The position numbers and the translations under genes are program-made. Source: Armatimonadota bacterium (GTDB taxonomy: Bacteria > Sysuimicrobiota > Sysuimicrobiia > Sysuimicrobiales > Humicultoraceae). Taken from it: 52,239 nt of DNA. This document shows positions 36,480-46,407 of this stretch, piece by piece. The notes beneath the pieces were generated by a model, which saw only the letters and a list, made by a program, of their open reading frames with translations, was not told where the DNA came from and searched no databases. The stretch is from assembly GCA_052386995.1 (NCBI GenBank), contig JBQTJP010000243.1:1-52239 (forward strand), written 5' to 3'. Positions within the stretch are counted from its first letter, which is position 1; each line of letters begins with the position of its first letter.

Positions 36480-38237
36480 CTACCGGGCGTCGACGGTGAT
36501 GGGAACCTGCACGCGCCCGCGAATGACCCATGGTGTTGGCATGCGCACGCGCGTCGCCCGAGCGGAGGTGCCACCGGATGCATCTGGAAAACGCGCGGCG
36601 CCCGGAATGAGTTCCACGATAATGTCGGTGTTGCGGTCTCGGTCCGCGAATGCGGAGAGCTGATCGGCCGCAGACCCGGCGGGTGGCTCGAGGGGCTCCA
36701 GGCTGAGGAGCGCGGGCAGGCCCTGCTCAGGCATCGGCCGCCCACCGGCACGGACAAGAACGGTTGCGCCGCCCGCCGGAAACGCCTCGGGCACCGCGAT
36801 CTCCACCGTGCGCGTCTCAGGCGCACCCTGGAAGGGGCGGAGCGTGACCCGCACTCCCACGGTATCCCCGCGGCGCACCCGTGTGCGGTCGACCTCGGCT
36901 TCGATGACCGCCGCGGTCTGGCGGCTCTGCCGCACGTCGACCTCGATCGTGACATCGACGGGCGTCGTGCGGATGAATTCGTTGCTGAACAACAGGCGCA
37001 GCCCCTCGGGCAACTCGAGCATCGCCGCGGATCCGACGTCCCGCGAGTGGTAGAATACGTTCTCCCGGACCACGACGCCATCGAGTCCGCGTCCGCGCAG
37101 CGTCATACGAACACGCGCGGTGCCTTCGCCGACCCGATCCAGCGCGCGGTCGACCGCCTCCAGCGCCGAGATCAGCGCCAGCAATGGCCCCAGTTGAGCA
37201 TCCCGCACGATACGCGTGCCGACGGTGACGGTCCGCCCGCCGCGGTCTCCATCGGTGACCACGGTGCGGATCCCGACCATCGGCGGGAGCGTACCGACCC
37301 GCCCGCCGATCCCTGCCCGTCGATCTTCGCTGACGATGCCGATCGGCGCGCCGGCAGATCCGATCTTGAACGGAAAGGACGCGCTCTGCACGACATCATG
37401 GATGACGGCGCTGGTGAGTAGATATCCCGTGCGGCCGCGGTTGAGAAATGGGTGGCCGAACGCCAGCATCGCGTCGCCCTGGCGGTAGGTGAGCGTGCCG
37501 ATAGAGAGCACGTTGAGATCGCCGCGGACGAGCTGCACTCCGATCGCGCTGCCCGGCACGAGGTCCGGCCGCGCGTCCGTAGACCCGCCCGCGACCCCCG
37601 CGATGGGCGTGACCCCCAGCGGCCCGAGCTCGGCGCCCAGCAACTGGACGGCGCGCGGGCCCAGCCCGGAAACGAGCAGCGGGATCGCCAGCGGGACCAT
37701 CGCAACGGTAGCCGATTCGCTGCGGTCGAGCCGCCGGGCCACCTCCAGACTTGGCGCAATCGCGACCTCGTCGATGCGCCGCCCCGCGATGTAGACCGGA
37801 TCCCTGAGCGCGAGACGCTCGATACGGCGGCGGTCTGCGCGACGGTCGGGCAGCGCCCGCAGCATGCTTTCGATCGGCGTGACGAGCCCCAGCGAGTGGT
37901 CGGCAAATGCCCAGCCAAAGCCGATCGCGCCCACCAGGCGACCGTTGACGAACACCGGACTGCCGCTCATTCCCGCTGCGATGCCGCCGGTCTTTTGAAT
38001 GAGCGGGCCCGAGGCCCGCACGAGAATCAGGTCCCCGGATGCCCCGGCTCCTGGAATGACGGAGAGGACTTCGATATCGAACGACTCGACAGCCGTCCCA
38101 CGAACCACGGTGCGCGCCACCCCGCGCATCCTCGGACGCACCTCGGCGGTGGGCATCCACGAGGACGCGGCCGCGGCGGGAAGGGCCCCACACCCCATGA
38201 CCGCCACGAGCGCACAAGCAAGCACGACTCGACGCAT
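36480..38237 (-). CDS. SpoIVB (peptidase S55) domain-containing exported protease, paralog 1
   Basis: Signal peptide, GGIAAGMSGSPV...LVGAI, TPIESML, AFGHPF. Start at ATG 38237. Confidence 0.88.
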   Translation of the reverse strand: MRRVVLACALVAVMGCGALPAAAASSWMPTAEVRPRMRGVARTVVRGTAVESFDIEVLSVIPGAGASGDLILVRASGPLIQKTGGIAAGMSGSPVFVNGRLVGAIGFGWAFADHSLGLVTPIESMLRALPDRRADRRRIERLALRDPVYIAGRRIDEVAIAPSLEVARRLDRSESATVAMVPLAIPLLVSGLGPRAVQLLGAELGPLGVTPIAGVAGGSTDARPDLVPGSAIGVQLVRGDLNVLSIGTLTYRQGDAMLAFGHPFLNRGRTGYLLTSAVIHDVVQSASFPFKIGSAGAPIGIVSEDRRAGIGGRVGTLPPMVGIRTVVTDGDRGGRTVTVGTRIVRDAQLGPLLALISALEAVDRALDRVGEGTARVRMTLRGRGLDGVVVRENVFYHSRDVGSAAMLELPEGLRLLFSNEFIRTTPVDVTIEVDVRQSRQTAAVIEAEVDRTRVRRGDTVGVRVTLRPFQGAPETRTVEIAVPEAFPAGGATVLVRAGGRPMPEQGLPALLSLEPLEPPAGSAADQLSAFADRDRNTDIIVELIPGAARFPDASGGTSARATRVRMPTPWVIRGRVQVPITVDAR

Positions 38238-38281
38238 CCTACTTATGGGTGTGCCCAAAAGTGCAACCGTCGAAACCACGG

Positions 38282-40072
38282 CTATCGCACCACGATGGGG
38301 ATTCGTTCGCCGCCCTGGATGACCCACTCCGTCCTCAACGACCGTCCCGCCGGCACGTCGAACCGGGTGAAATCTGTCGCGGTCGTGGGGAGCCCGAACG
38401 GCTGGATGCGGACGGCAAGGTCTGTATTGCGTCCGAAGTTCGCAAAGAGCTGGAGCGCATCGTCCAGCGACGCCACACCCCACGGCACCGGCTCCGCGAC
38501 CAGCAGTCCGGCGAGCTGATCTTCCACCGGAACGCCGGGCGCATCCACGCCGGCCGAGCGCACGACCACCACCGCCGGACCCCGCGGGAAGTCCGCGGGA
38601 ACAGGAACCTCGATGAATCGCGTGAGGGGTCGCTCGGCGAGGTAGGGCTGTAGGACGACGCGCACGCGGAGGAGGCCGCCGGGGCTGACCTCCCGGGACG
38701 CGACCTGCACGTCGACAATCGACGCGGTCACGCGCCGCTTGGTGAGTGAGGTTTCTACCGTGAGATCAAACGGCTCCAGCTTTCGGATATCATTGTAAAA
38801 CGCGAGTTCCATCGCATCGACGACGTCGAGCACCGAGGCCGTCGCCACGTCGCGCGAGCTGAAGAACATGTTTTCGCGGACGATTGGGGCGGCAAGACCT
38901 TTCGCGCGCAGCGTGAGCTTGACCGTCGCCGTGCCTTCACCGGGACCCTGGTTGCGGGCGAGTTCGGTGGCGGACAACGCCACAAGGGGCGCAAGCGCCC
39001 GCGCGAGATCGCGGCGGCGCACCATCTGCGCGCCCTTCTGGACGCGCGTACCGGTGTCCAGATCGGTCACGACGACCCGCAGGTTGAACAGCCGCGGCAG
39101 CGGACCGAGCGTTCCGGCGACCGCGGTACCGCGGTCCTGCTCGGCGACGCCGACCATCGCGCCGAGATTCGACATTTTGAAGGGGCGCTCGATTGACCGC
39201 ACCACCGAGACGACTTCCGAGGCCGTCAGGATGTACTCGACGTCCCCCTGGTTCTCCCAGGGATGACCGCACGCCAGAATCCGGTTCCCGACCCGGACCG
39301 CGACCGTGCAGATGCCGCCGAAGTCGAAGTCGCCGCGCACCGTCTCGATCCCGATGGTGCTGCCGGGGACGATCGGTTGCGCGACGAAATCGCGGCGTCC
39401 GCCGTGGCCCTGCAGGATCTCGTGCCCCAATGGCTCGACAACCGCGGCGAGCAGCTTGCTCGCACGGGGACTGAACCCGCGCGCGAAGGCGGCCACCGCC
39501 GGCGTGGCGATCGCGAGACCGCCCTCCGGGTGCTGCGCGGCAAGGCGTCGCGCCGCCAGCGGACTTGCGACGAGGGCGATGCGATCGTACCGGCGCCCGC
39601 CGATGTCGACCGGCCGTGAGGCATGGTACACGGTCGGCCCCTCGGCCGTCCCCGACGACCGGCGTTCGAGCACCTTCAGCATGTCTTCAATCGGCGTCGC
39701 CAGCACGACGTCGCGCCGCGGCGCCTGCCAGTTGAAGGACGCGGAGAGTGCCCCGATCAGTTTGCCGTTGATGTACAGGGGACTGCCGCTCATCCCGGCG
39801 GCGCTGCCGCCGGTCCTCTCCGTCAGCGGCCCGAGCATGCGGAACATGATGAGCTTCTCGGCCGTGATGGGGCCGAAACCCCATTGCAGGATGTCCATCA
39901 CCTCGAACTGGAACTCTTCAACCTTTTGACCAGAGACGACGGTCTTGCCGATGCCCCGCATGCCCGGTCTGACCTCGCTCAGGGGCATGATCGGCGGCGC
40001 CGATTGCGCCACGCCGGCGGCCGGAAAGGCCAGCACCGCCACAAGAACGAGCATCTTGAGCCGAGCGCTCAC
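38282..40072 (-). CDS. SpoIVB (peptidase S55) domain-containing exported protease, paralog 2
   Basis: Signal peptide, GMRGIGKTV, GGSAAGMSGSPLY...LIGAL, TPIEDML, ACGHPW. Start at GTG 40072 after a GAGGGGG RBS. Confidence 0.88.
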   Translation of the reverse strand: MSARLKMLVLVAVLAFPAAGVAQSAPPIMPLSEVRPGMRGIGKTVVSGQKVEEFQFEVMDILQWGFGPITAEKLIMFRMLGPLTERTGGSAAGMSGSPLYINGKLIGALSASFNWQAPRRDVVLATPIEDMLKVLERRSSGTAEGPTVYHASRPVDIGGRRYDRIALVASPLAARRLAAQHPEGGLAIATPAVAAFARGFSPRASKLLAAVVEPLGHEILQGHGGRRDFVAQPIVPGSTIGIETVRGDFDFGGICTVAVRVGNRILACGHPWENQGDVEYILTASEVVSVVRSIERPFKMSNLGAMVGVAEQDRGTAVAGTLGPLPRLFNLRVVVTDLDTGTRVQKGAQMVRRRDLARALAPLVALSATELARNQGPGEGTATVKLTLRAKGLAAPIVRENMFFSSRDVATASVLDVVDAMELAFYNDIRKLEPFDLTVETSLTKRRVTASIVDVQVASREVSPGGLLRVRVVLQPYLAERPLTRFIEVPVPADFPRGPAVVVVRSAGVDAPGVPVEDQLAGLLVAEPVPWGVASLDDALQLFANFGRNTDLAVRIQPFGLPTTATDFTRFDVPAGRSLRTEWVIQGGERIPIVVR

Positions 40073-40166
40073 GCGCGGTCCCCCCTCATACGCTGGGGCG
40101 AGATAAAGGGACGGGGATGCCCCCGTCCCGGTCGTTACGTTTCGTGGATCAGGAGCGGCTACCTGC

Positions 40167-40499
40167 CTATTTCGGATCGAGGCGAACGACGATAGCGCCA
40201 AGCTCCCTGATGGGCGTTCCCGACCTGACCAGAACCTCTATCACCCGACCATCGACGGTCGCGCGCGCGGCCACGCCACGGCCGGTCGGCGTCTTGACGT
40301 ACACCAGGGGATCCCCCTCACCGACCTCATCGCCGACCTTGACCAGGCCCTCGGCTTCAACCATCCCGCGCAGAGTGGCCTTGACATCGACGGCCGGCTT
40401 CGGCCCCGCCGCGGCGACGGCCCAGTAGGCCAGTGAGCCTGCAACGAGGACAACGGCCAACCCAATGACTACACGCTTCTGTGTCGTCTTCATCGTCAT
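40167..40499 (-). CDS. Exported or membrane-anchored biotin/lipoyl-like (barrel-sandwich hybrid) protein
   Basis: N-terminal TM or signal, then LVKVGDEVGEGDPLVYV...ARATVDGRVIEVLVRSG; no MKM/DKA attachment motif. Confidence 0.75.
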   Translation of the reverse strand: MTMKTTQKRVVIGLAVVLVAGSLAYWAVAAAGPKPAVDVKATLRGMVEAEGLVKVGDEVGEGDPLVYVKTPTGRGVAARATVDGRVIEVLVRSGTPIRELGAIVVRLDPK

Positions 40500-40545
40500 G
40501 CCCTCCCGGATGCTCCGGTCCAGGCATCCTGCCATTTCGCTCTAG

Positions 40546-40554
40546 ATTATACCA
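40546..40554 (-). promoter_or_regulatory. Extended -10 promoter heading the OM operon
   Basis: Perfect TGgTATAAT 46 nt upstream of ATG 40499, in otherwise very GC-rich DNA. Confidence 0.65.
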
Positions 40555-40575
40555 CGGGCGCGGGAGCGCTCGGGT

Positions 40576-41724
40576 TCACGCCGCGAACTCTTCGGGAGGA
40601 GCGGGGGCTCGACCGAACCAATGACGCAGTGCGTCAACAATGCGCGCCGCCGCGCGGCCATCGCCGTATGGGTTGCGGGCCTGCGCCATCCGCGCATGCG
40701 CGGCGGGATCGGCGAGCAGGCGCCCGGCGCGCTCGGCGATGCGGTCGCGGGAGACCCCAACCAGCTCGGCCGCGCCGGCGTCTATGCCTTCCGGCCGCTC
40801 GGTCACCTCGCGCAGGACGAGCACCGGCGTTCCCAGGGACGGCGCGCCCTCCTGAATGCCGCCGGAATCCGTGAGAATCATGTAGGCCTTCGACATCAGC
40901 CGCACGAACGGACCATAGTCGAGCGGCGGGATGAGGTGCGCGCGTGGATGCCCGGCGAGCACCTGATCCGCCGCGCGGCGCACCGCGGGATTCAGGTGAA
41001 CCGGGAACACCACCACCGCATCGGGGAAACGCTCGAGCAGGTCGAGCAGCGCGAGGTAGATTTGCCGGAGCGGCTCCCCCCAGCTCTCGCGGCGGTGCGT
41101 CGTCACCAGCAGCAGGCGCTGCCCATCCAGAGACGGCAGGTTGGCCGGGAGGCGCACGTCGGGTCGCGCCGCCACATCGAGCAGCGCGTCGATCTCGGTG
41201 TTCCCTGTCACGAGGATCCGTTCGGCCGCGACGCCCTCCGTGAGCAAATTCGCCCTGGCGCGGGCGGTGGGAGCGAAATGCAGATCGGCCAGCGCCGACG
41301 TCAGGCGCCGGTTCATCTCCTCTGGAAACGGACGATACTTGTCCTGCGTGCGCAGTCCGGCCTCGACATGGCCCACCGGAATCTGGTGGTAAAAGGCGGC
41401 GAGCGCGCCGAGGAACGTCGACGATGCATCACCCTGCACGAGGACCATCGCCGGCCGCTTCTCCGCGAGGACGGGATCGAGCCGGGTCAGGGTTCGGCTG
41501 ATGATGTCAAAGAGCGACTGTTCCGGGAGCATGACGTCGAGATCGATGTCAGGCGTGATGGCGAACAACCGGAGGACCTGGTCGAGCATCTCGCGATGCT
41601 GCGCCGTGACGACGACGATCGGGCTGAAGTCCTGACTCGCCCGCAGGCCGGCGATCACCGGCGCCATCTTCACCGCCTCCGGCCGCGTGCCGAAGACGGT
41701 CATCACCGCCAGGCGCTCATTCAC
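40576..41724 (-). CDS. wecB: UDP-N-acetylglucosamine 2-epimerase (non-hydrolysing)
   Basis: FGTRPEAVKM, HVEAGLRT, PFPEEMNR, THRRE, TDSGGIQE, TERPEG, NPYGDG. Confidence 0.95.
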   Translation of the reverse strand: MNERLAVMTVFGTRPEAVKMAPVIAGLRASQDFSPIVVVTAQHREMLDQVLRLFAITPDIDLDVMLPEQSLFDIISRTLTRLDPVLAEKRPAMVLVQGDASSTFLGALAAFYHQIPVGHVEAGLRTQDKYRPFPEEMNRRLTSALADLHFAPTARARANLLTEGVAAERILVTGNTEIDALLDVAARPDVRLPANLPSLDGQRLLLVTTHRRESWGEPLRQIYLALLDLLERFPDAVVVFPVHLNPAVRRAADQVLAGHPRAHLIPPLDYGPFVRLMSKAYMILTDSGGIQEGAPSLGTPVLVLREVTERPEGIDAGAAELVGVSRDRIAERAGRLLADPAAHARMAQARNPYGDGRAAARIVDALRHWFGRAPAPPEEFAA

Positions 41725-42809
41725 CGCGAGAGCAACCCCATGCGCCGGGCCCCGATGAGCAGAATGGTGACGATGAGCCCCAGGGTGACGATCGACCCGC
41801 CCCGGTTCACGCCGGCCAGCGCCAGCGCGCCCAGGCCGAGGGTGGCGCTCACGAGATAGAGCAGGAACACGGTCTGCCGCTGTGAGAGTCCCCGGTCCAG
41901 CAGCCGGTGGTGCAGGTGGCCGCGGTCCGGAAGATAGACCGGTCGCCGGCCGAGCAATCGCCGGACAATCGCGAACACGGTGTCGGCGATCGGCACGCCC
42001 AGTGCCAGAAAAGGGACTATCAGCGAGATCGCGGTGAAAGACTTGTACAGACCCATCACGGACAGCGCGCCGAGCACGTAGCCAAGAAACATCGAGCCCG
42101 AGTCGCCCATGAAGATGAGCGCGGGATTGAAATTGTGCCGCAAGAACCCCACGGCACAGCCCACCAGCGCGGCGGCCAGGGAGATGGCCACGGCGTCGCT
42201 CTTGTGGATGGCCGTCAGCAGCAGGGTCGTCGCGGCGATCGCCGCAATGCCGGCGGCCAGCCCATCGACCCCGTCGATGAAGTTGATGACGTTGACCACG
42301 AACACGACCCAGACGATCGTGAAGGCCGCGCCCCAGGGCCCGACGGGGATGGTCTGGCCGGTCAGCGGGTGGGTCACGAACTGAGTGGCCAGCCCGAACG
42401 GGATCAACACCGCCGCGGCGGCGAGCATGGCCAGAAACTTGAACGCCGGGTGCATCCCGCGGAAGTCATCATAGATCCCGACCGCCAGGAGGAACGTCCC
42501 TCCCAGCATGATGCCGAGCAGGCCGCGATCGGTCTGGAGGGCGATCGGGAAGCGGATGTACATCGCGCCGTTGGTGCTGACCAGTTCGAACGGCCGGGTG
42601 ATCATCATCGCGACGGCAGCCGCCGCCACGAATCCCGCGTAGATCGCTATGCCGCCCAGGCGCGGGGTGGGCTGCGTGTTGATTCGCCTGCCTCCAGGGT
42701 AATCGATCGCGCCCAGACGTTGCGCGAGCCGGCGCACGAGCGGGGTCAGAGCGTAGGTCACCAGGAGGGCGACGAGGGCGACGGCGAGAGAGACAGGGAC
42801 GGACGTCAT
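41721..42809 (-). CDS. wecA: WecA/TagO (MraY-like GT4) undecaprenyl-phosphate GlcNAc-1-phosphate transferase
   Basis: PRLGG, GIYDD, NFIDGVDGL, NFNPALIFMGDSGS, PIADT, DRGHLHHRLL. Confidence 0.9.
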   Translation of the reverse strand: MTSVPVSLAVALVALLVTYALTPLVRRLAQRLGAIDYPGGRRINTQPTPRLGGIAIYAGFVAAAAVAMMITRPFELVSTNGAMYIRFPIALQTDRGLLGIMLGGTFLLAVGIYDDFRGMHPAFKFLAMLAAAAVLIPFGLATQFVTHPLTGQTIPVGPWGAAFTIVWVVFVVNVINFIDGVDGLAAGIAAIAATTLLLTAIHKSDAVAISLAAALVGCAVGFLRHNFNPALIFMGDSGSMFLGYVLGALSVMGLYKSFTAISLIVPFLALGVPIADTVFAIVRRLLGRRPVYLPDRGHLHHRLLDRGLSQRQTVFLLYLVSATLGLGALALAGVNRGGSIVTLGLIVTILLIGARRMGLLSR

Positions 42810-42830
42810 CGGCAATCTGACAGGGCTATC

Positions 42831-43796
42831 TTATGTCGGCTGGGGCGTCGCGAACAACTCACTGACCGACCGATCTTCATGCACCCGGAGAATCGCCTCG
42901 GCGAGCATCGGCGCGATCGACACGACCCGGACCTTCTCGATGCGCTTCGCGGCGGAGACGGGCACGCTGTTGGTCACCACGAGCTCACGGATCGGGCTAT
43001 CGGCCAGGCGGCTGACCGCGGGGCCGGAGAGGATCGCGTGCGCGCAATACGCGTAGACCCCCTCCACTCCCCGCGAGACGAGCGCCGACGCGCCCATCGT
43101 GAGCGTCCCCGCGGTGTCGATGATGTCGTCGACCAGGATCGCCGTGCGCCGGTACACCTTGCCAATCACGTGCGTGATTTCCTTGACCTGATTGGGGCGG
43201 TCGCGCCGCTTGTCGATGATGGCGATCGGCGCACCCAACTCGGCGGCAAACTCCCGAGCCCGGCCCACGCCGCCGATGTCGGGAGAGACGACGATTATGT
43301 TCCGCAGGCCCTTCTCTCGGAAGTATCCGGCGACCAGGAGCCGGCTTGGCAGATGATCGAGCGGGATGTCGAAGAACCCCCAGGTCTGTCCCGCGTGGAG
43401 GTCGACCGTCATGATGCGGTCGGCGCCCGCCGCCACGAGCAGGTTGGCGACCAGTTTGGCCGTGATGGGCTCGCGCGGCTTCGTCTTGCGGTCCTGCCGC
43501 GCGTAGCCGAAGTATGGCATGACCGCGGTGACGCGCGCGGCCGAGGCACGGCGGAGCGCGTCCAGGATTACGAGCAGCTCGATCAGGTGCTCGTTGACCG
43601 GCGGCGCCGTGGGCTGGATCACGAAGACGTCCTGCCCCCGTACGCTCTCGGCGAGGCGCACACTCACCTCGCCGTCGGCGAACCGGAATGTCTCCATCTC
43701 GCCCAACGGCAGATCGAGGTACTGGGTCACCTCCTCCGCGAGGGCAGGATTGGCCGAGCCGCAGAAGATCTTGAGGCGGGAGCTCGTCAGCGCCAC
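42831..43796 (-). CDS. prs: Ribose-phosphate pyrophosphokinase
   Basis: RFADGE, SVRGQDV, PYFGYARQDRK, DLHAGQ, VVSPDIGG, VDDIIDTAGTL. Start at GTG 43796. Confidence 0.97.
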   Translation of the reverse strand: MALTSSRLKIFCGSANPALAEEVTQYLDLPLGEMETFRFADGEVSVRLAESVRGQDVFVIQPTAPPVNEHLIELLVILDALRRASAARVTAVMPYFGYARQDRKTKPREPITAKLVANLLVAAGADRIMTVDLHAGQTWGFFDIPLDHLPSRLLVAGYFREKGLRNIIVVSPDIGGVGRAREFAAELGAPIAIIDKRRDRPNQVKEITHVIGKVYRRTAILVDDIIDTAGTLTMGASALVSRGVEGVYAYCAHAILSGPAVSRLADSPIRELVVTNSVPVSAAKRIEKVRVVSIAPMLAEAILRVHEDRSVSELFATPQPT

Positions 43797-43800
43797 GCGT

Positions 43801-45183
43801 TCATTCAACCGGCTCGGGGACGGGATGCTCCGCGGGCGGGAGGTGCCGGACCACGCGCGCCGGCACGCCGACCGCGACGCCGCCGGCGGGCACATCGTGG
43901 GTCACGACCGAGCCCGCTCCGGTGACCGCCGCCCGGCCGATCCGGACCGGAGCCACCAGCATCGTGTCGCTGCCGACAAACGCGCCGTCTTCGATGACCG
44001 TCACGTGCTTGGCCCGGCCGTCGAAGTTGCACGTGATGGTCCCGGCGCCGATGTTGACGCCCGCCCCTACGGTCGCGTCCCCGATGTAGCTCATGTGATG
44101 GACTTTGGTCCGATCGCCGATGGTCGCGCTCTTCAGCTCGGCGTAGTTGCCGACCTCGACGAAGCGTCCCAGGCGCACGCCGGGTCGCAGGCGGCTGTAT
44201 GGCCCGACGCGACTGTCATCTGAGACGGAGCTCCCAACGACGGTCGAGGCCTCGATCGTAACGCGATCGCCAATCTCGGCATCGACCAGCCGGGCGTTGG
44301 GGCCGATCACCGACGATTCGCCGATCACCGTTGCGCCTTCGAGGCTCGTGTTGGGATGCAGGATGGTGTCGTGCCCCACCCGAACGCCCGCATGGACATA
44401 CGTGGTCTGCGGATCGATGATCGTCACGCCGGCGTCCATCAGCTCGCCCACCAGGATCGCGCGCATCGCGGCCTCGGCGGCGGCCAGCTCTCGCCGGCTG
44501 TTGATCCCGCTGGCTTCCAGACTCTCACCCACGACCACCGCGGCGACGGTCTGCCCCCGCTCCAGCAGCAGGCCGATGGCATCGGTCAGGTAGTACTCGC
44601 CCTGGGCATTGGCCGGTCGTATCGCGTGGAGGGCGTCGCGCAGAACGCCGACGTCGAACGCGTAAGTCCCGGCGTTGATCTCACGGATCTCCCGCTCCTC
44701 GGCGGAGGCATCGGCATCTTCGACGATTCCACGCACATTGCCGGATCCGTCGCGGACCACCCGGCCGTACCCCGCAGGCTCCCTCCGAAGGTCGGTGAGC
44801 ACCGTGGCGGCGGCTCCCTGCGCACGGTGGTGGCCCAGGAGGGTCTCGATCGTCTCGGCGCCCAGGAAGGGGGTGTCGCCGTAGAGCAGCAGCACGGTAC
44901 CGGTGTGGTCCTCGAGCGCCGGAAGCGCCTGCATCGCGGCGTGCCCGGTGCCGAGTTGCTCGGCCTGCACGACGTATCGAACGCCGTCGCCCACGGCCGC
45001 TCTTACCTGGTCGCTCTCGTGACCGACGACGACGATCGGCGAGGCAATTCCTACCTCGGCCAGCGTGTCGAGCACGTAGGCGATCATCGGCCGGCCGCAA
45101 ATCCGATGCAAGACTTTAGGAAGGCCGGAGACCATCCGCTTGCCCTTCCCCGCCGCCAGCACGACCGCCTGCACGTCACGCAT
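43801..45183 (-). CDS. glmU: Bifunctional GlmU
   Basis: LAAGKGKRM...PKVLH, QLGTGHA, NAQGEYYLTD, hexapeptide domain, HMSYIGDA, GAGTITCNFDG. Confidence 0.97.
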   Translation of the reverse strand: MRDVQAVVLAAGKGKRMVSGLPKVLHRICGRPMIAYVLDTLAEVGIASPIVVVGHESDQVRAAVGDGVRYVVQAEQLGTGHAAMQALPALEDHTGTVLLLYGDTPFLGAETIETLLGHHRAQGAAATVLTDLRREPAGYGRVVRDGSGNVRGIVEDADASAEEREIREINAGTYAFDVGVLRDALHAIRPANAQGEYYLTDAIGLLLERGQTVAAVVVGESLEASGINSRRELAAAEAAMRAILVGELMDAGVTIIDPQTTYVHAGVRVGHDTILHPNTSLEGATVIGESSVIGPNARLVDAEIGDRVTIEASTVVGSSVSDDSRVGPYSRLRPGVRLGRFVEVGNYAELKSATIGDRTKVHHMSYIGDATVGAGVNIGAGTITCNFDGRAKHVTVIEDGAFVGSDTMLVAPVRIGRAAVTGAGSVVTHDVPAGGVAVGVPARVVRHLPPAEHPVPEPVE

Positions 45184-45270
45184 GCGACGCTCCAACCCCG
45201 TGCGCGTCAACGTCGAGATTCACGGCTGACGAGTCCTTTCCCCCTTGTGGGCGGCGTCCAGTCCTACCGC

Positions 45271-45794
45271 TCAGAGCCACCCGATGCGCTTGAAGCGGAC
45301 GTAGAGGAGCGTGCAGAACAGGGCCGTTGTGCCCAGCACCGGCGGATAGCCCCACGGCCAGTCCAGCTCCGGCATGAAACGAAAGTTCATTCCGTAGATG
45401 CCGGCGATCGCCGTGGGGACCGCGATGATCGCCACGAGGCCGGCCAGCCGCTTCATCGACTCGTTCTGCGCGACCGACTGGAGCGAGAGGGTGGCCTCCA
45501 GCGCCGTGCTGAGCAGCTCGCGCAGGGTGTCGCCACGAAGATGCACTCACCGTATCGTTCCAGCTTGGGACGCTGGTGCGCGCGGTGGGCGTCTTCGATC
45601 GCCAGGTCGTGCAGGCCGAACTCCTGCTGGACCTGCTTGAGGAGCTCCTCGTCCGGCTCGTGCAGGCCTATCCAGACGAACCGGTCAGGCTGGCACAGGG
45701 TCGCGCCGATCTCATCGATCCGGACGTCGGCGACCCGCCGGCCATCCGCATATGCGGCGGAGTTGACGATGGCATTGACCGCCGAAGCGCTCAC
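45271..45794 (-). pseudogene. corA: corA Mg2+/Co2+ transporter with internal deletion and frameshift
   Basis: N-terminal CorA segment (FVWIGLHEP...FGLHDLAIEDA...HQRPKLERY) joins out of frame near 45533 to the C-terminal segment (DTLRELL...AGIYGMNFRFMPELDWPWGY...GWL). Confidence 0.85.
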
Positions 45795-45909
45795 ACGGGC
45801 CCCCCAAGGCCGTGCGAACAGCACGGCTCTCTTGGAGGCTTATGCTTCTTCAGACTCGGCGGCGATCCCCTGCAATCAGGGCACACGCGGTGCCGGTGTC
45901 AGCAATGGG

Positions 45910-46290
45910 TCACGAGGCCGCGACCACACGCTCTTCGCCGGCCGCGTCTCGCACCGCGAGTTCTCCCCGCAGCGCTTCGATTCTCTGGAAGACCTCATCA
46001 TAGGCGCGGGCTTTCAACGTGAGAATCTCCTGATCGCGCGACGCGAGGGCGGATTCCAGTCGGCGCCGTGCCCTGCCCTGCATCTCTACATCCAGTCCCG
46101 TGAGGATGAGGAGGAGCAGGAACGCCGCCGCGGTAACGACGAGCAGCGTCAAAACGAGTGGAACCTCAACCGCCTCCCACGGGAGCTGCACCACTCGCCG
46201 TTCGAACATGAGGGTCTGATTGAAGGCGGCAAAGGCCCCGGCAAGGGCAAGCAGTACCAGGACGATCACGGTTGCAGGTTTCATCGACAT
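45910..46290 (-). CDS. LapA-like (DUF1049) small membrane protein
   Basis: Two TM segments with an FAAFN...VQLPW...PLVLTLL pattern, followed by a coiled coil; GGGAGG RBS. Confidence 0.6.
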   Translation of the reverse strand: MSMKPATVIVLVLLALAGAFAAFNQTLMFERRVVQLPWEAVEVPLVLTLLVVTAAAFLLLLILTGLDVEMQGRARRRLESALASRDQEILTLKARAYDEVFQRIEALRGELAVRDAAGEERVVAAS

Positions 46291-46378
46291 CCCTCCCGAC
46301 TCGGGGACTTCTTACCCGCGTCGGGATTCCATGAAACGGCGCCGGGCAGGGACAGTCTCGTCGATCGCGCACACGCGT

Positions 46379-46407
46379 ATGCTAACGTCAGGCGCGCGGC
46401 TCATCAA
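46379..46407 (-). promoter_or_regulatory. Putative sigma70 promoter for the lapA-like gene and corA
   Basis: TTGATG-N17-TAGCAT. Confidence 0.5.

Noticed and set aside
38238..38281. Possible promoter TTGCAC...TAAGTA between the S55 genes
   Set aside because: The -35/-10 spacing is off (15 or 19 nt), so it is not supportable.
36480..40072. SpoIVB genes as evidence of sporulation
   Set aside because: No other sporulation genes are present, and the long exported S55 architecture in an OM operon argues for an envelope role.
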